Notes under the pieces: model-generated
The model's database searches: none
What the model saw: the letters and a program-made list of their open reading frames with translations, nothing else
Told to the model about the DNA's origin: nothing
Shown here: positions 1 to 12,799 of the stretch, piece after piece
Numbering within the stretch: the stretch's first letter is position 1
Layout: each line of letters begins with the position of its first letter
Program-made: the position numbers and the translations under genes
Source: Octopus sinensis
Lineage: Eukaryota
Length of the DNA: 64,000 nt
Reading direction: 5' to 3'
NCBI RefSeq assembly: GCF_006345805.1
Contig: NC_043006.1
Span: 4,898,001 to 4,962,000 of the forward strand

Positions 1-107
1 TTCTCTGAGAAGCGATCAAAGAGGCATGACTCTCCATTTCTTTTCATGGAGAGCGAAATCATACAATAAATGTGCTTACATTTTTATTTCTCTCACAGCT
101 AGGATTT

Positions 108-148
<41 letters not shown>

Positions 149-190
149 CACATATATATATGTGTGTGTGTAGGTTATATATACTTATAT

Positions 191-235
<45 letters not shown>

Positions 236-501
236 AAAAGCGTCCTGGTTACTTAAACAGATGCAAACATTGCTAGATTGCAACTCGCATTTAATATTCC
301 TTTAATCGTGTTAATCTTTTAATACATGTTTAATAATGTGTCTAACGTCACTCAAAACATTGGACAGAATTGAAATTACGTTTGGAAGCCTTTTTTTTTT
401 TTTGATTTATCACCTTTTTTGGCAAAAGTTGGCATTAAATAAAATAACCGGAAATCTGTTCTTCTCATCAACTCTGTGTCACACACATTCATAATGTTAC
501 A

Positions 502-545
<44 letters not shown>

Positions 546-592
546 AAAATAAAATATTTGTATGGCATCCTAGCCATACATATATATTCATG

Positions 593-627
<35 letters not shown>

Positions 628-1410
628 TCATGCAAGTATAATTTTCAAAACAATACTAGTGCTGATGGCATTGAAATTCAGGTCAAAGAGCAATGAGCAT
701 CATTCTATGAATATGTAAGGAAACTTGTTTTTTTGTAATAAAGTTTCGAATAACAAATAAACTGAACTGAAATTGCGGTCACATTTTTAGATTGATACCA
801 AAGCATTGTGCTTATCGGCCAAAGTGCAGAACGACCTGACAAGGAAGTGAAAAGATATGTTTTAAATTGCCAAGATGATGGCTTTCATTTCATGGTCTAG
901 TGAACCGACAATATTTTCTAATATCGCATTAGTATTGTGCATTTCTTGTTCTGTTTTTTTTTTTTTTGCTGCCATTTTGGTAAATAGATATACTATATGA
1001 ATGGAAAATTGATATTGTTTTCCATTAAAGATGTAATCTGTCGATATAACAATTCTAGTCAGTCTGAGAAACACATAGCCAAATCGTTCTCCACCTAATT
1101 GTGCATGACTAATACTATTCCAGCCGTATCTTATGCTTGGCTAAATATTGATTTAAATCGTGTTGTTTTTAGTTCTGTTGATTTAAATTCTCCAGCGTAT
1201 TTGCTATATTTTCCTTTTGTATATTTTCTGCGAGATTGAATTATATATTTCTCTCGAGGTCAGAGTTTGATAGAAAACTATTAGAAAGTTGAGGCTGTAT
1301 CATACGAAAACAAAATTAAGCCTGATGAAATGCGACTCCACTCGAAAAAATAACCTGATGAATTTTAACACACTTTTCCTACGTCTTATTTCGATTAAAA
1401 CAAAAACTCT

Positions 1411-1472
<62 letters not shown>

Positions 1473-1624
1473 TAATACACACACACGTGTCATCATTGCA
1501 CACATACACACACGCGCGCACCCGCAGACCTTCGCGCACGCACACATCCACACACATTCCTTGTCCTTACCCTACTGTCTTTGAAACTCTCCTGTCTTTA
1601 AAAAACATTATTCTTCCACCTTTC

Positions 1625-1848
1625 AACTTCCGTTCTTTCAATATGTGACCTCGTGTGTACCGCCAGCGATTTTTTTCCTCTGTCTTCCCTTCTCTGGATC
1701 TTTCCTTCTCCTATGTTTCCGACGAAGAGCTCCGCTCGAAGCGTTAAACTCTCCTTCTTCCCTTCTTTCCTGAGCGTCCAATAATACTTTATTTGTTCCA
1801 CATCCTCACGTTGCTGTGTTTTTTTTGTGTTTTCTTGTTTGGATTAAT

Positions 1849-1850
<2 letters not shown>
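1625..1850 (+). mobile_element. Short non-coding element, probably derived from a Penelope pLTR, with a degenerate minimal hammerhead-like motif
   Basis: GTTT-CCGACGA-A-GAGC-tcc-GCTC-GAAGC-GTT-AAAC at 1715-1749. The downstream CCTGAGCGT..TAATAC block is shared with 31080-31265 and 48390-48540. It ends at a (TA)n run. Confidence 0.5.
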
Positions 1851-1879
<29 letters not shown>

Positions 1880-3744
1880 GTGTGTGTGTGTAGAGAGAGA
1901 GAGAGGGGAGAGAGAGAGTGAAGGAGAGAGAAAGAGAGAGAGAGGAAGAGACGGGAGAGAGTCTTTCATTTTGTGATAAATAAAATACATACCCTGGGTG
2001 AGGGATTGGTGGACAGAACGTCGGACGAGGTACCTTGCAATATTTAATCTTGCGTTTTGGTTTTTGAGTTCAACTCGTGTCTCCTTTCATCAACCCCTGT
2101 TGGCAGAAAGGAGTCCTTCGGTGATAAGCCATTAATGTCAGTGAGAACGACGCAATGACTGGAACAATGTTTGCTTTAGTTTGTGGAACGTGTTAGAAAA
2201 GAAATGTGCAGGTTCTCTCTAATCGGCAGGAAGCGGTTGAAGCCAATGAAGACATCATTTGACCCGATTCGGGGACAAGGGATGAAACAAGCGGAAATGT
2301 TTATTATTTAGAATCGAAGATCCAATCCATGAAATTGCATCACACTTCTTTTTTTCTTCCAAGATCTAAGAAGTTCAATTGCCAGTAAATGATCGACACA
2401 GACTGTCATGACAGTCAATTGGCACCAAAGCTAAGACTTCCGGGAGACGTTCGCCACAAATTGTGTCAGCAGGTTTTATCTGTTGTTGCATCAAGAAGTA
2501 GTAAAGACTGAAATGTGTGGTGGCCCTGCGTACAATGCACACAGCAAGAGAAAATTGAGGTTAGGGTTTTCCCTTTGGATACCGCTGGAAGATGGTATAT
2601 CGGTAACAATATGAAAATTTAGTGACCCCTGAAGTACTGTTCAGGGCATTCTTCATACGAACCTTAACGAAACTTCGGGACACCATCACATCTGCGGTCA
2701 AGTCTTCAAAGAATCACTGAAACTACTTCATCGAATTCGAATATATGTAGTGTAATTATTCTATCCAGAGTAATTATGTAACATCCGGTTTCACGATACT
2801 GGAAGGTAACACGACTCCTTTGCCTGCAAGATATAATGGTTTCTTTGGTCACCTGTTAAATTAGCACAGTAAGTATATCTATCAGTATTGGTCTCTTATT
2901 GTATTCTCATCAACAAGCTTCTCACAACCTTGCAGAATCTGTCACGATCGCGGTACCCAAAACTGCTTACGGGGCCTAAACACCACTCAACTTTAATCTT
3001 GATGGTATTCTATCTGTTGAACATAAATAAGTCGGTGTCCTGGAATTTAATCTCGGATACATCGTTGATTAGTTTGACTGTCCTCGATTATGGTATTTAA
3101 GCTCCATTCTCATCTCCCCAAAAGCGCATTTCCTCATGTTGACTGGTACCGAGATCGATAACTTCGACAGCCATTTGATTCAAGTTTGGACTTCGATACA
3201 AAAAGCGATTGAAATGCCGTTGTGGGTCTACAGAAGATGTTTTTGGACTCTATTTTACGTCATGCTGCCTCAATATTTTTTGGAATGTGACATGTGACAC
3301 ATTCCAAATTAGTACAACGGCAGCCTTGTGAAACTGACTCAGATCCCAACTTCGTTACTCGACAGGAAGGGGATTGCAAGTTGCCAAAGTACCAGCTACT
3401 CTCTGAAAGGTTTACTTTTTAACCTAAACGTTAGACATTCTGGAACCCTGAAATAACTCCCTACTCTATCTGATCAGAATAGAAATAGCCATACGAGGGG
3501 CTGAAGTCTGATTATTGAACTATTCTTTCTCCATGTTTTACAACGAGTCAAGACCACGGGTAACACATCGTGTATCAGAAGTTAATTCTTTCTGTTTGTT
3601 CTGTCACATAAATTATAGCCCCAAATAATTCATAATCTATACGAACATTTGTTGAGCACATTTGGTGAAAAATGCCGCCGGAAGACCAATTATAGTATAC
3701 CCTGTGGAGATCATATCTTACAACTGAGTTGGTATATGTATGAT

Positions 3745-3787
<43 letters not shown>

Positions 3788-4149
3788 TGTACATACACTC
3801 TCACATACATACACATATAAAGGGAAAGAGAAGAGTGAAAGGAAGAGGGATATGTGTGTCTAATTTTGGTGCTAAATCCGCAATTACTGCAAACATAGTA
3901 ACACCAAAACTAAATCTTTCGCCAAATAACGCTTATCTGTGGAATGCTTTTCCTCTCTCGTGTACTGCCGAGGCTGGTGCATTATTTTCATGGTATCTTT
4001 TACATCTTTAATCATAACCTTTTCCCTTTCTTTGGAGTCATTTTAATATTTTGTTATAAACTTTCGGTTGCGCTGAATATGAATGAATGCGCATCTGTGT
4101 GTGTGCGTTGATGTGTGTGTGTATGAGGGGGTGCACGTATACATACAAA

Positions 4150-4150
4150 T

Positions 4151-4197
<47 letters not shown>

Positions 4198-4732
4198 TAT
4201 ATATATATAATATGATATATATGTATATATATATATATATTATATATATATGTATATATATATATATGGTATGTATATATATATATGTATGTATATATAT
4301 GATGTATATATATATGTGTATGTATGATATATTATAGTATATATATAACACATATAATATAATATATATGTAGTATATACATCATAGATATTTTATATGT
4401 AATATATATATACACATATATATATAATATATATATATATTATATACATATATTATTATATGTATATATATATATATATATACGCATATATATATATAAT
4501 ATATAATTATATACATATATATATAATATATATATTATATACATATATATATAATATATATATTATATACATATATATATATACATATATATTATATACA
4601 TATATATATATACATATATATATATACATATATATATATACATATATTATATACATATATATATTACATATATATTATATACATATATATATACACATAT
4701 ATAATATATATATATATATATATATTATATAC

Positions 4733-4773
<41 letters not shown>

Positions 4774-4925
4774 TATATATACATATATATATATACACAT
4801 AATAATATATATATACATATTATATATATATATAATATATATTATTATATTATATATACATATATATATTTATATGTATATATATACTTATATGTATATG
4901 CCCTGTATATATATGTTTGTATATA
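4150..4925. repeat. Degenerate (TA)n/(TACA) microsatellite field
   Basis: Directly visible; it produces the Y/I-rich pseudo-ORFs. Confidence 0.95.
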
Positions 4926-5266
4926 TTCATAAATGAATGCGTGTGTGTGTGTGTGTCTGTGTGTCTGTGTGTGTATACGCACACACATACACGCGATTTG
5001 AATGTGTTTGATGTTACGAAAGATTTGAGCTATTTTGCCTGTAAGACGTTTTTTTTTCCTCCATGGCTCGTTGGCGAAACTGTTTATGGCAGCTTGTGAT
5101 CACGTTGTCAGTAACAGGTGTAGAGTTCAAATAAGAAACAGGACAAACTACTTACCTACTACTACAACTCCCTTCAAAATGCTCACAAGAAAAAAGATTT
5201 AAAATAATGATATTTCTATGTAGGAACTAGTGTAGCTGTTATGTGGCAGAAGTCTGCGAAAGCAGC

Positions 5267-5318
<52 letters not shown>

Positions 5319-5489
5319 CAACGGAGAAAGGAAAGAAAGGGAAACCAGTTGAAAGAACACGCATAATTAAATACTTTCTTAAAGGACCTTGTTTGTATTT
5401 CCTTTATTTCTGCACGAGAATACATCTTGAGCAGAAGAAGCGACTGTTGTTTTTTCAGGGGATTTTTTTTTATCCCCTCCTTTTGCTAA

Positions 5490-5782
5490 CATCACCGCAC
5501 CACCACCAATACCACCACCACCACCAACACCACCACTAACACCACCACCACCACCACCAACACCACCACCAACACCACCACCAACATGCTGTTATCACCC
5601 CCCACTTCCAGTCCTCACCGCACCCACCATTGCTGCTACCGCGGCTGCTGCACTTACTAGTACTACTACTATAAGTACCACGGTCAGCACCGCCAACACT
5701 AATACTACTATTACCAGCACCATCACCACCACCACAACTACTTCTGCTACTACTACCACCACCACCACCACCACAACTACTT

Positions 5783-5816
<34 letters not shown>

Positions 5817-5820
5817 CATC

Positions 5821-5854
<34 letters not shown>

Positions 5855-5855
5855 T

Positions 5856-5899
<44 letters not shown>

Positions 5900-5931
5900 T
5901 CACTACTACTACTACTACTACCACCACCATC

Positions 5932-5963
<32 letters not shown>

Positions 5964-5965
5964 AT

Positions 5966-6024
<59 letters not shown>

Positions 6025-6054
6025 ACTACTACTACTACCACCACCATCACTACT

Positions 6055-6090
<36 letters not shown>

Positions 6091-6122
6091 TCACTACTAC
6101 TACTACTACTACCACCACCATC

Positions 6123-6156
<34 letters not shown>

Positions 6157-6157
6157 T

Positions 6158-6221
<64 letters not shown>

Positions 6222-6240
6222 GTTGCTGCTGCTGTTGCTT
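5490..6240. repeat. Compound trinucleotide microsatellite (CAC/CAA)n grading into (TAC)n with a recurring CACCACCAT interruption
   Basis: Directly visible; it produces the poly-V/S pseudo-ORFs. Confidence 0.95.
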
Positions 6241-6643
6241 GCTTCGCTTCTGACTTGTCAACTCGGTAGAGTTTCAATTCTTGGTTGAATATATTTCACC
6301 GGTGCCTTGCTATTATTAGCCACGTCTTTAGAATATGGAATCTTCGCAAAAACGACCCTCTAGTGTCATATTAGAAGTAATAATAATCATGAAAGAAGAG
6401 AAAAAAAATGAAAAGCAAACTCTTGGCTTACTGGGCATAAATCAATTTAAAGATCCTTCGCCGAGGAAACATCTGCATTTGTCAAACTGATTCCTAAACT
6501 TAGACTGAAAGACAGCGAATAGTTTATACACACAGACGCACACGCGCGCACCCCCCTCCACACCCAAATGGAATTTATATAACGTTATCTCGTTTCTCGT
6601 GTCACCAATTGACTAATGTAGTTAATCACCATCACTGTATATA

Positions 6644-6677
<34 letters not shown>

Positions 6678-7050
6678 TTTGAGGGAATATTATTCCTAAC
6701 TTACAGGGAAAAATTCAATTTAGAAATACTAAATCAAATTACACAAAATATATTATATATAAAAAAATTTAAAAAAACTACCTTTTATCAATTCAAAACG
6801 AACAATTAAATTACACCATCTAGAAAATTACATAAAATAGAAATATAAAAATTAAATAACAATAATATACTGATGATTAAGTAAATTGCAAAATAATAAT
6901 AAAAACGTATATATTTGGTAGAATAACGAATATATTTACAAGCACACACACACATGATAGAAGTAGATAAACATCCTTATAATCATTAAAATGTATTTAA
7001 ATCTGAAATTAAACATTCAAATTATTGATTAATTGTTATAATGTGAATAT

Positions 7051-7790
7051 TTAATATTTAGTAGACATGTCCTTTGCATTTTTCAATGGAAGGACACTCT
7101 TAGGCATGTTACTGATCAGATGACGAATATTCACTTGTGGAATTTCTTGCCAAGTTTCATACAGTAATCACAAAAGATCTGGCTTTGAAGATGCTTTCTT
7201 GTTCTTTTTATGAAGTGTCCTGTCCATTATGCCCCAGAGGTGTTCAATAGGGTTCATATCTGGTGACTGGCTTAACCATGGAAGATTTTTAATGCTATTC
7301 TAAACCAATAAACCTTGGGTCATTTTAGCCGAGTGACAAGGAGTCCCATCTTCCATAAATAAAGCATTCTTTAATCATTTCACCACTTGGAGAAGATTGA
7401 AAAAAGTTCTTTCTGCAATATGGACACATATTTATCTGAGTCTATGTTTCCCTCACACTCCACCACCTCTGATCACCTATTGCTTCAAATTGCTTCCCTC
7501 ACCATTCCAGAATAGCTGTCGTGCTTCATTGGTGACTGCAATCTTTTCACATCAAATTCTTGACCACAGAGTCTCCAAACCCACATTCGACCACTGTCAG
7601 GAAATACAGCAAATATGGACTCCTCAGACAATATGACAATGTCCCAAAATGCTAGTGGCCTCTCCACCATCTCGCTGGCTCAATCTTTTCTCTGCTTTAT
7701 GTTGGCTGGTTGAAGAAGTGGCTTCTTTCTTGGCGACAAGAAAGGGTGGATAACTTTGAACATGTTTCGGTGTTGTCTGACCTTAACGAA
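7051..7790 (-). pseudogene. Tc1-family (DD34E) transposase remnant
   Basis: Minus-strand translation gives FWDIVILSEESIF..GRMWVWR..KRLQSPMKH, then FMEDGTPCHSAK...PWLSQSPDMNPIEHLWG...TKY*. There are 34 residues between D and E, with stops and frameshifts. No TIRs found. Confidence 0.9.
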
Positions 7791-7864
7791 TTAGTGGTGA
7801 ATGAATAATTAACTAGGTGTACCATTTAGTATACGAATTAATTATGGTCGTTATTTTCTTCGTT

Positions 7865-8052
7865 ATTCTTTAATTCTTTTCAGTCATTTGACTGCGGCCA
7901 TACTGGAGCACCGCCTTTAGTCGAGCAAATCGAGCCCGGGACTTATTCTATCGGTCTCTCTTGCCGAACCGCGAAGTGACGAGGACGTAAATACACCAGC
8001 ATCGGTTGCCAAGCGATGTTGGGGGGGGGTGTACAAACATAGACTCACAAAC

Positions 8053-8109
<57 letters not shown>

Positions 8110-8240
8110 ACGACGGGCTTTTTTCAGTTTCCGTCTACCAAATCCATTCACACGTTTTTGGTCGGCCCGAAGCTATAGTAGAAGACACCTGCCCAAGGTG
8201 CCACGCAGTGGGACTGAACCTGGAACCATGTGGTTGGTAT
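7865..8240 (-). mobile_element. SINE family A (tRNA-like head, CCTTGGGCAAG core-like block, internal microsatellite, LINE-like tail), 5'-truncated
   Basis: Near-identical to the copies at 20480-20910, 27425-27806, 33000-33435 and 45220-45606. Confidence 0.9.
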
Positions 8241-8321
8241 CAAACTGTAAAGTGTATTTGAAAGTACGGTTTCACCCAAAATTGGGTCAATAATTCTAGT
8301 GGAGTAATTTGGTGAATAGAC

Positions 8322-8484
8322 ACAGATGTGGCTGTGTGGTAAGCAGTTTGCTTCCCAACCACATGGTTCTGGGTTTGATCCCACTGTGTGGCACCTTGGG
8401 CAAGTGTCTTCTACTATAGCCTCGGGACGACCAAAGCCTTGTGAGGGGATTTGGTAGACGGACAGAAACTGAAAGTAGCCCGTC

Positions 8485-8568
<84 letters not shown>

Positions 8569-8800
8569 CTTTGTGTTTGTGTCTGTCCCCCAGTATCGAG
8601 TGACAACTGGTGTTGGTGTGTTTACGTTCCCGCAACCTAGCGTTTCGGCAAAAGCAATCGATAGAATAAGTACCGACCTTTATAAAGAATAAGGTCTAGG
8701 GTCGATTTATTCAAAAAAAATTGAGAGATGTGGTGCTCCAGCATGGCCGCAGTCTAATGAGTGAAACAAGTAAACGGTAAGAAGATAACAGATAAAAGAT
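8322..8800 (+). mobile_element. SINE family A
   Basis: TGGCTGTGTGGTAAG (A box) ... GGTTTGATCCC (B box) ... CCTTGGGCAAGTGTC ... (TA)(TG)n ... GGTGCTCCAGCATGGCCGCAGTC tail. Confidence 0.9.
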
Positions 8801-11602
8801 AATACGTGATTCTGTCGGCTCTAATACGTTTGTATGAGAACCAATGAGTTTTGTGTCAAGTGTACATTCCTATTTTTGAATCGATAAAATAAGATTCAAA
8901 GTGTAAATAATTTATATATGATATAAAAATATCCAAACTTTACACAGAATATTAGAAAATACATTGTAAGCCAGCGACAAATTGCATTCTACGATGGGAA
9001 CATTTAAAGCTGGAATATTTAAACTAGCGGTGTGGAATAATACTTAAAATTTGCATAGTAGCGGCTCTTTATTGCCAGCGAAAGAAATTATTATTTGAAG
9101 TGGAGGAAATAAGATCTTGCTTCACAAGATTCGAACTTTTAATCGTTATTTCATCTGCCTGTTTGCAAGCTTATACTATTTGATATTTTAAAATATATAG
9201 AATTTTTACTTTCTTTGTAACACGCCGATTATGAACTTAAATATACAGACAGCTGCTTTTGTAGCCTTCATATACAATTTTGAAGAGTCTTAATGTATCC
9301 ATCAGTTTATGTATTTTCTTGTCCGAATTTCAAATTGAGAAACTTATTCGGTAAAATCTTGTCAGAACAGAAATGTTTTACAGAACTTATTCGTTTACAT
9401 TGTTATTCATACTAACAATAAGAAGGGAGTTACATTGTTTTGTTTTGCTTATAAATGAAATTAAATAGCATAACACACACACACACACACCACACACACA
9501 CACACACACAGAATATGTGCATGTGTGCGATAGTAAAATATTTATTTTACTGCTGAAAACTATTTGAACCCTAAATTTGAACTACTAATGACTTTTAAAG
9601 TTTGTTACCAATGGACATACCGGTTACAGCAGTATATTCTAGACACCTATTCATGAAGCAATAATCCTCAACTATGTTATAGCTGATAGTTTGATAAGTC
9701 GTCCAAAACATTCACACTTATGAGCAAATTGTTTTTCTCGTATATAAAACAGATTTCAATTGTTTTTAAATCCAAATTATACGGAAAGTACAGTGAGCGG
9801 TAGCTTTAGATAAGCAGGAAAAGCAATTTTCAACTGCAAATCTGGAAAGAAATTTGAATACTTTTTGCAGTGCGCCCGCCAATGAGTACACTGCTGTGTC
9901 AGTCTGAAGGAATAAGTTAAGAACGACGGAGAATTTGGGTAGCTGTCTTTATTCTGAGCACGAGACAATTTGCTTGTAACTTCCGGTTGCAACAAATTAA
10001 AGAGTATATTATTTCAAATCTCTAAAGGCAAACTATGGAAATCACTCTTAGACATTTGGTAATAGAAACTGATAATGTTTAGCTCTCATGATTTAATACT
10101 CCCCCAGCGGTCTTTATTCTTTTTTGCTGGTGAGTAATATAGCTGACACTGACGATAACATTTTGAACATATAAAAAGAAGCAACAAAAAACTGACTATG
10201 AGACTGACTCATTCTTTATTCTTTTCTTTGGTCAAAGATTTGCTTTGTTAATACAAACATTACTTTATAAACGATTGAACGGAGAATAAGTTTGTCACAA
10301 ACGATAGAGGGATCGGCATTGCAAATCCTGTCTCTAAAGTATTTCCGATTTAAGAGAACTTGTGTTGGAAGCTTATTTGATGATATGAAAGGTATTAAAG
10401 GAGATACGTATGAGCAAAATATCATTAAAATGAAAAGTTGGCATAAATTGCATTGAAATATTAGAAACGAATAGAGGATAATAGATTCTTATGTAAAATT
10501 ATTCTATATAAGGAGAAAAAAAACTCAAACAAATATTAAAATAAATGAAAGAAATATGTCTCAAAATACACAAACACAATTTACTTACAGGATAATTTGC
10601 ACTGCTGTTATTGCTGGAAAATAGAAAACAAAAAGAAAAAATGTCACCATTTCAAGTAAATTAACGACCACAAGAAAATATATTCAAGTGTATTGTTATT
10701 TATACCAACGAGTCAAAAAAGCACTTCCGGCATCTTAGTGTAAGCCTTAACAGTACGGAAGTTCTTCATATTTTTTTTAGTTATCTTTTTTTCTATTGTT
10801 TATTTAAGTATGGAAACCATATATCTATAAAATGGTGAAATGCATTAATGTTCTTATTTATCGAAAAAATATTGTTTACTGTAAAATGAAAAGTTTTGAA
10901 AATTTTAAATGTTTTTGTGTCTGTATCCAAATTGCTCCGTTTCCTCTTTTTGAATTTATTTGTAAAAGGCTCTGCTTATGTCTGTTATAGTTCATATCAG
11001 TACATTGTATGATTCATTGAGAAACAGATAAAATGTTGTTTCTTTCGGTTCGTTGATATTGGAGTTAATCCAAAGATTTTGTGTTTTCATTTAAGAATCT
11101 TGTTAAATTAGGTATACACTAAACTTCCAAAAAAATATGTCATCATTTCATTTACTTTTCTATTATTTGAAATATTCTGTTTATATAATAAATTACGAAA
11201 GTGTCAACAAAATTTCTTTCTTTAAGAAATTCACTTCTAATGGTTTGCTACTTACGCAAACATTGTTTCTCAATTTCTCGGGTAACATTGTTTTAGACGA
11301 ACCAACGAGGGAGCCTTACATGGCCCCTTATGCTGCAAGAAATTAGCAATACCTCTCTGAAATCATCATAAATAAAAAATATTTTGAATGTTCTAGACAG
11401 GCTTAAAAAGACAAGTTTTGCTCATAAGTCTTCTCAATCAGGACTGACATGCCAAATACCAACATTTCTTAGAATTTACGTACATGACAAAATGTAACCA
11501 TGGAGACCTCTCTTTCCTACAATCTGTTTAAATCAGCTCTGCTTCAAGGATAGCATTTATTTTGACACTCTTATTAAGTTCTACCTTCATATGCACATAT
11601 AT

Positions 11603-11815
11603 CTATTTCTTTACTACCCACAAGGGGCTAAACACAGAAGGGACAAATAAGGACAGACAAACGGATTAAGTCGATTATATCGACCCCAGTGCGTAAGTGG
11701 TACTTATTTAATCGACCCCGAAAGGATGAAAGGCAATGTCGACCTCGGTGGAATTTGAACTCAGAACGTAGCGGCAGACGAAATACCGCTTAGCATTTCA
11801 CACGGCGTGCTAACA
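11603..11815 (-). mobile_element. SINE family B (GCCTTTCATCCTTTCGGGGTCGAT central block, resembling the Meta-SINE domain)
   Basis: Matches the copies at 26140-26330, 26695-26928, 46481-46633 and 52740-52938. Confidence 0.9.
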
Positions 11816-12275
11816 TTTGTTTTTCTGTAAGCGAATCGAGGACCTTCTGCAAATCGCTCTGGCAACCTATGAGGAGTATTTTCATCTTGGGAAAGAGATG
11901 GAAGTCCGCAGGTACTAAATCTGGCGAATAGGACGGGCGCGGGAAGTGATACCATGTTGGTTTTGGTGAGAAACTCACGAGTGAGGAGAGCTCTGTGAAA
12001 AGTTTGCCGAAGCATGCTCAATGTTTCTGTAGTAGACTTCCCAAGTTTAACGCAAAATTTCACGTTGGCGCTTTGTTCCTGTCCATGACAAATTCGAAGA
12101 CTATAGCATACAATAATCATAAAAACACAAATTTCACAACTTGTGAAGTAAACACACCCACGTCACTCGGTATACTGCCTCATGAAGGTCACTGTTAGCT
12201 CTCATTGCGCCCGCAACCGTGTGCTGTCATCTGTTGGCGCGCTACACAACTAGTCCGGGAACGTTTTGATACCAC

Positions 12276-12279
<4 letters not shown>
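11816..12279 (-). mobile_element. Internally deleted mariner (DD34D-type) element, one end lost
   Basis: Begins at a TA run with GAGGTGGTATCAAAACGTTCCCGGACT (mariner-like TIR). The N-terminus EQSANVKFCVKLGKSTTETLSML is joined directly to the C-terminal PSYSPDLVPADFHLFPKMK motif. Confidence 0.85.
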
Positions 12280-12320
<41 letters not shown>

Positions 12321-12344
12321 ATATGTGTGTGTGGATGCGTGTAG

Positions 12345-12490
12345 TAGGCGAACTGGCATAATCATTAGCAAGTCGGTCAAAATGCTTAGCGACATTTCCT
12401 CTGTCTTTCCGTTCCGAGTTCATCACTGGAGTTAATTTAATCAGCTTAACCCTTCCCCCAAAATTGCTGGCCTGGTGCCAAAATATGAAA
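12345..12490 (+). mobile_element. Degenerate SINE family B copy with the alternative tail CCCCAAAATTGCTGGCCTGGTGCCAAAA
   Basis: Head and tail resemble 44755-44970. Confidence 0.7.
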
Positions 12491-12799
12491 TCTATATAAA
12501 AATGTGTGTGTGTGTTGAAAGAGAGCGAAAAGGGTGGGGTGAAATTTGAATTTATGATTGTAATATAATGAAAAATGAAGTAATTTTTTTCTTTTTGCTT
12601 AAAATCCCTCGTCTTAAATTATCTTGAAGTAAAACTTAATCTACATAGAGTAAAATTAAATCAACCGGAGATGTTGTAATGGTATATATCATTGATATTA
12701 CTTTTTTATAATATCGACTGCCAAGAAGAATTGGTTAACGAAAGCCTTAGGCGTTGAATAAAACATTTGAAATTATATGAGAAGTGGAACGTGTTCCAT

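Noticed and set aside
5595-6277. Poly-Val/Ser or mucin-like Thr-rich ORFs
   Set aside because: Trinucleotide microsatellite with no flanking exon structure.
9777-10430. Short non-repetitive ORFs that might be host exons or an RT fragment
   Set aside because: No recognisable domain, no convincing splice signals, and stops in all frames.
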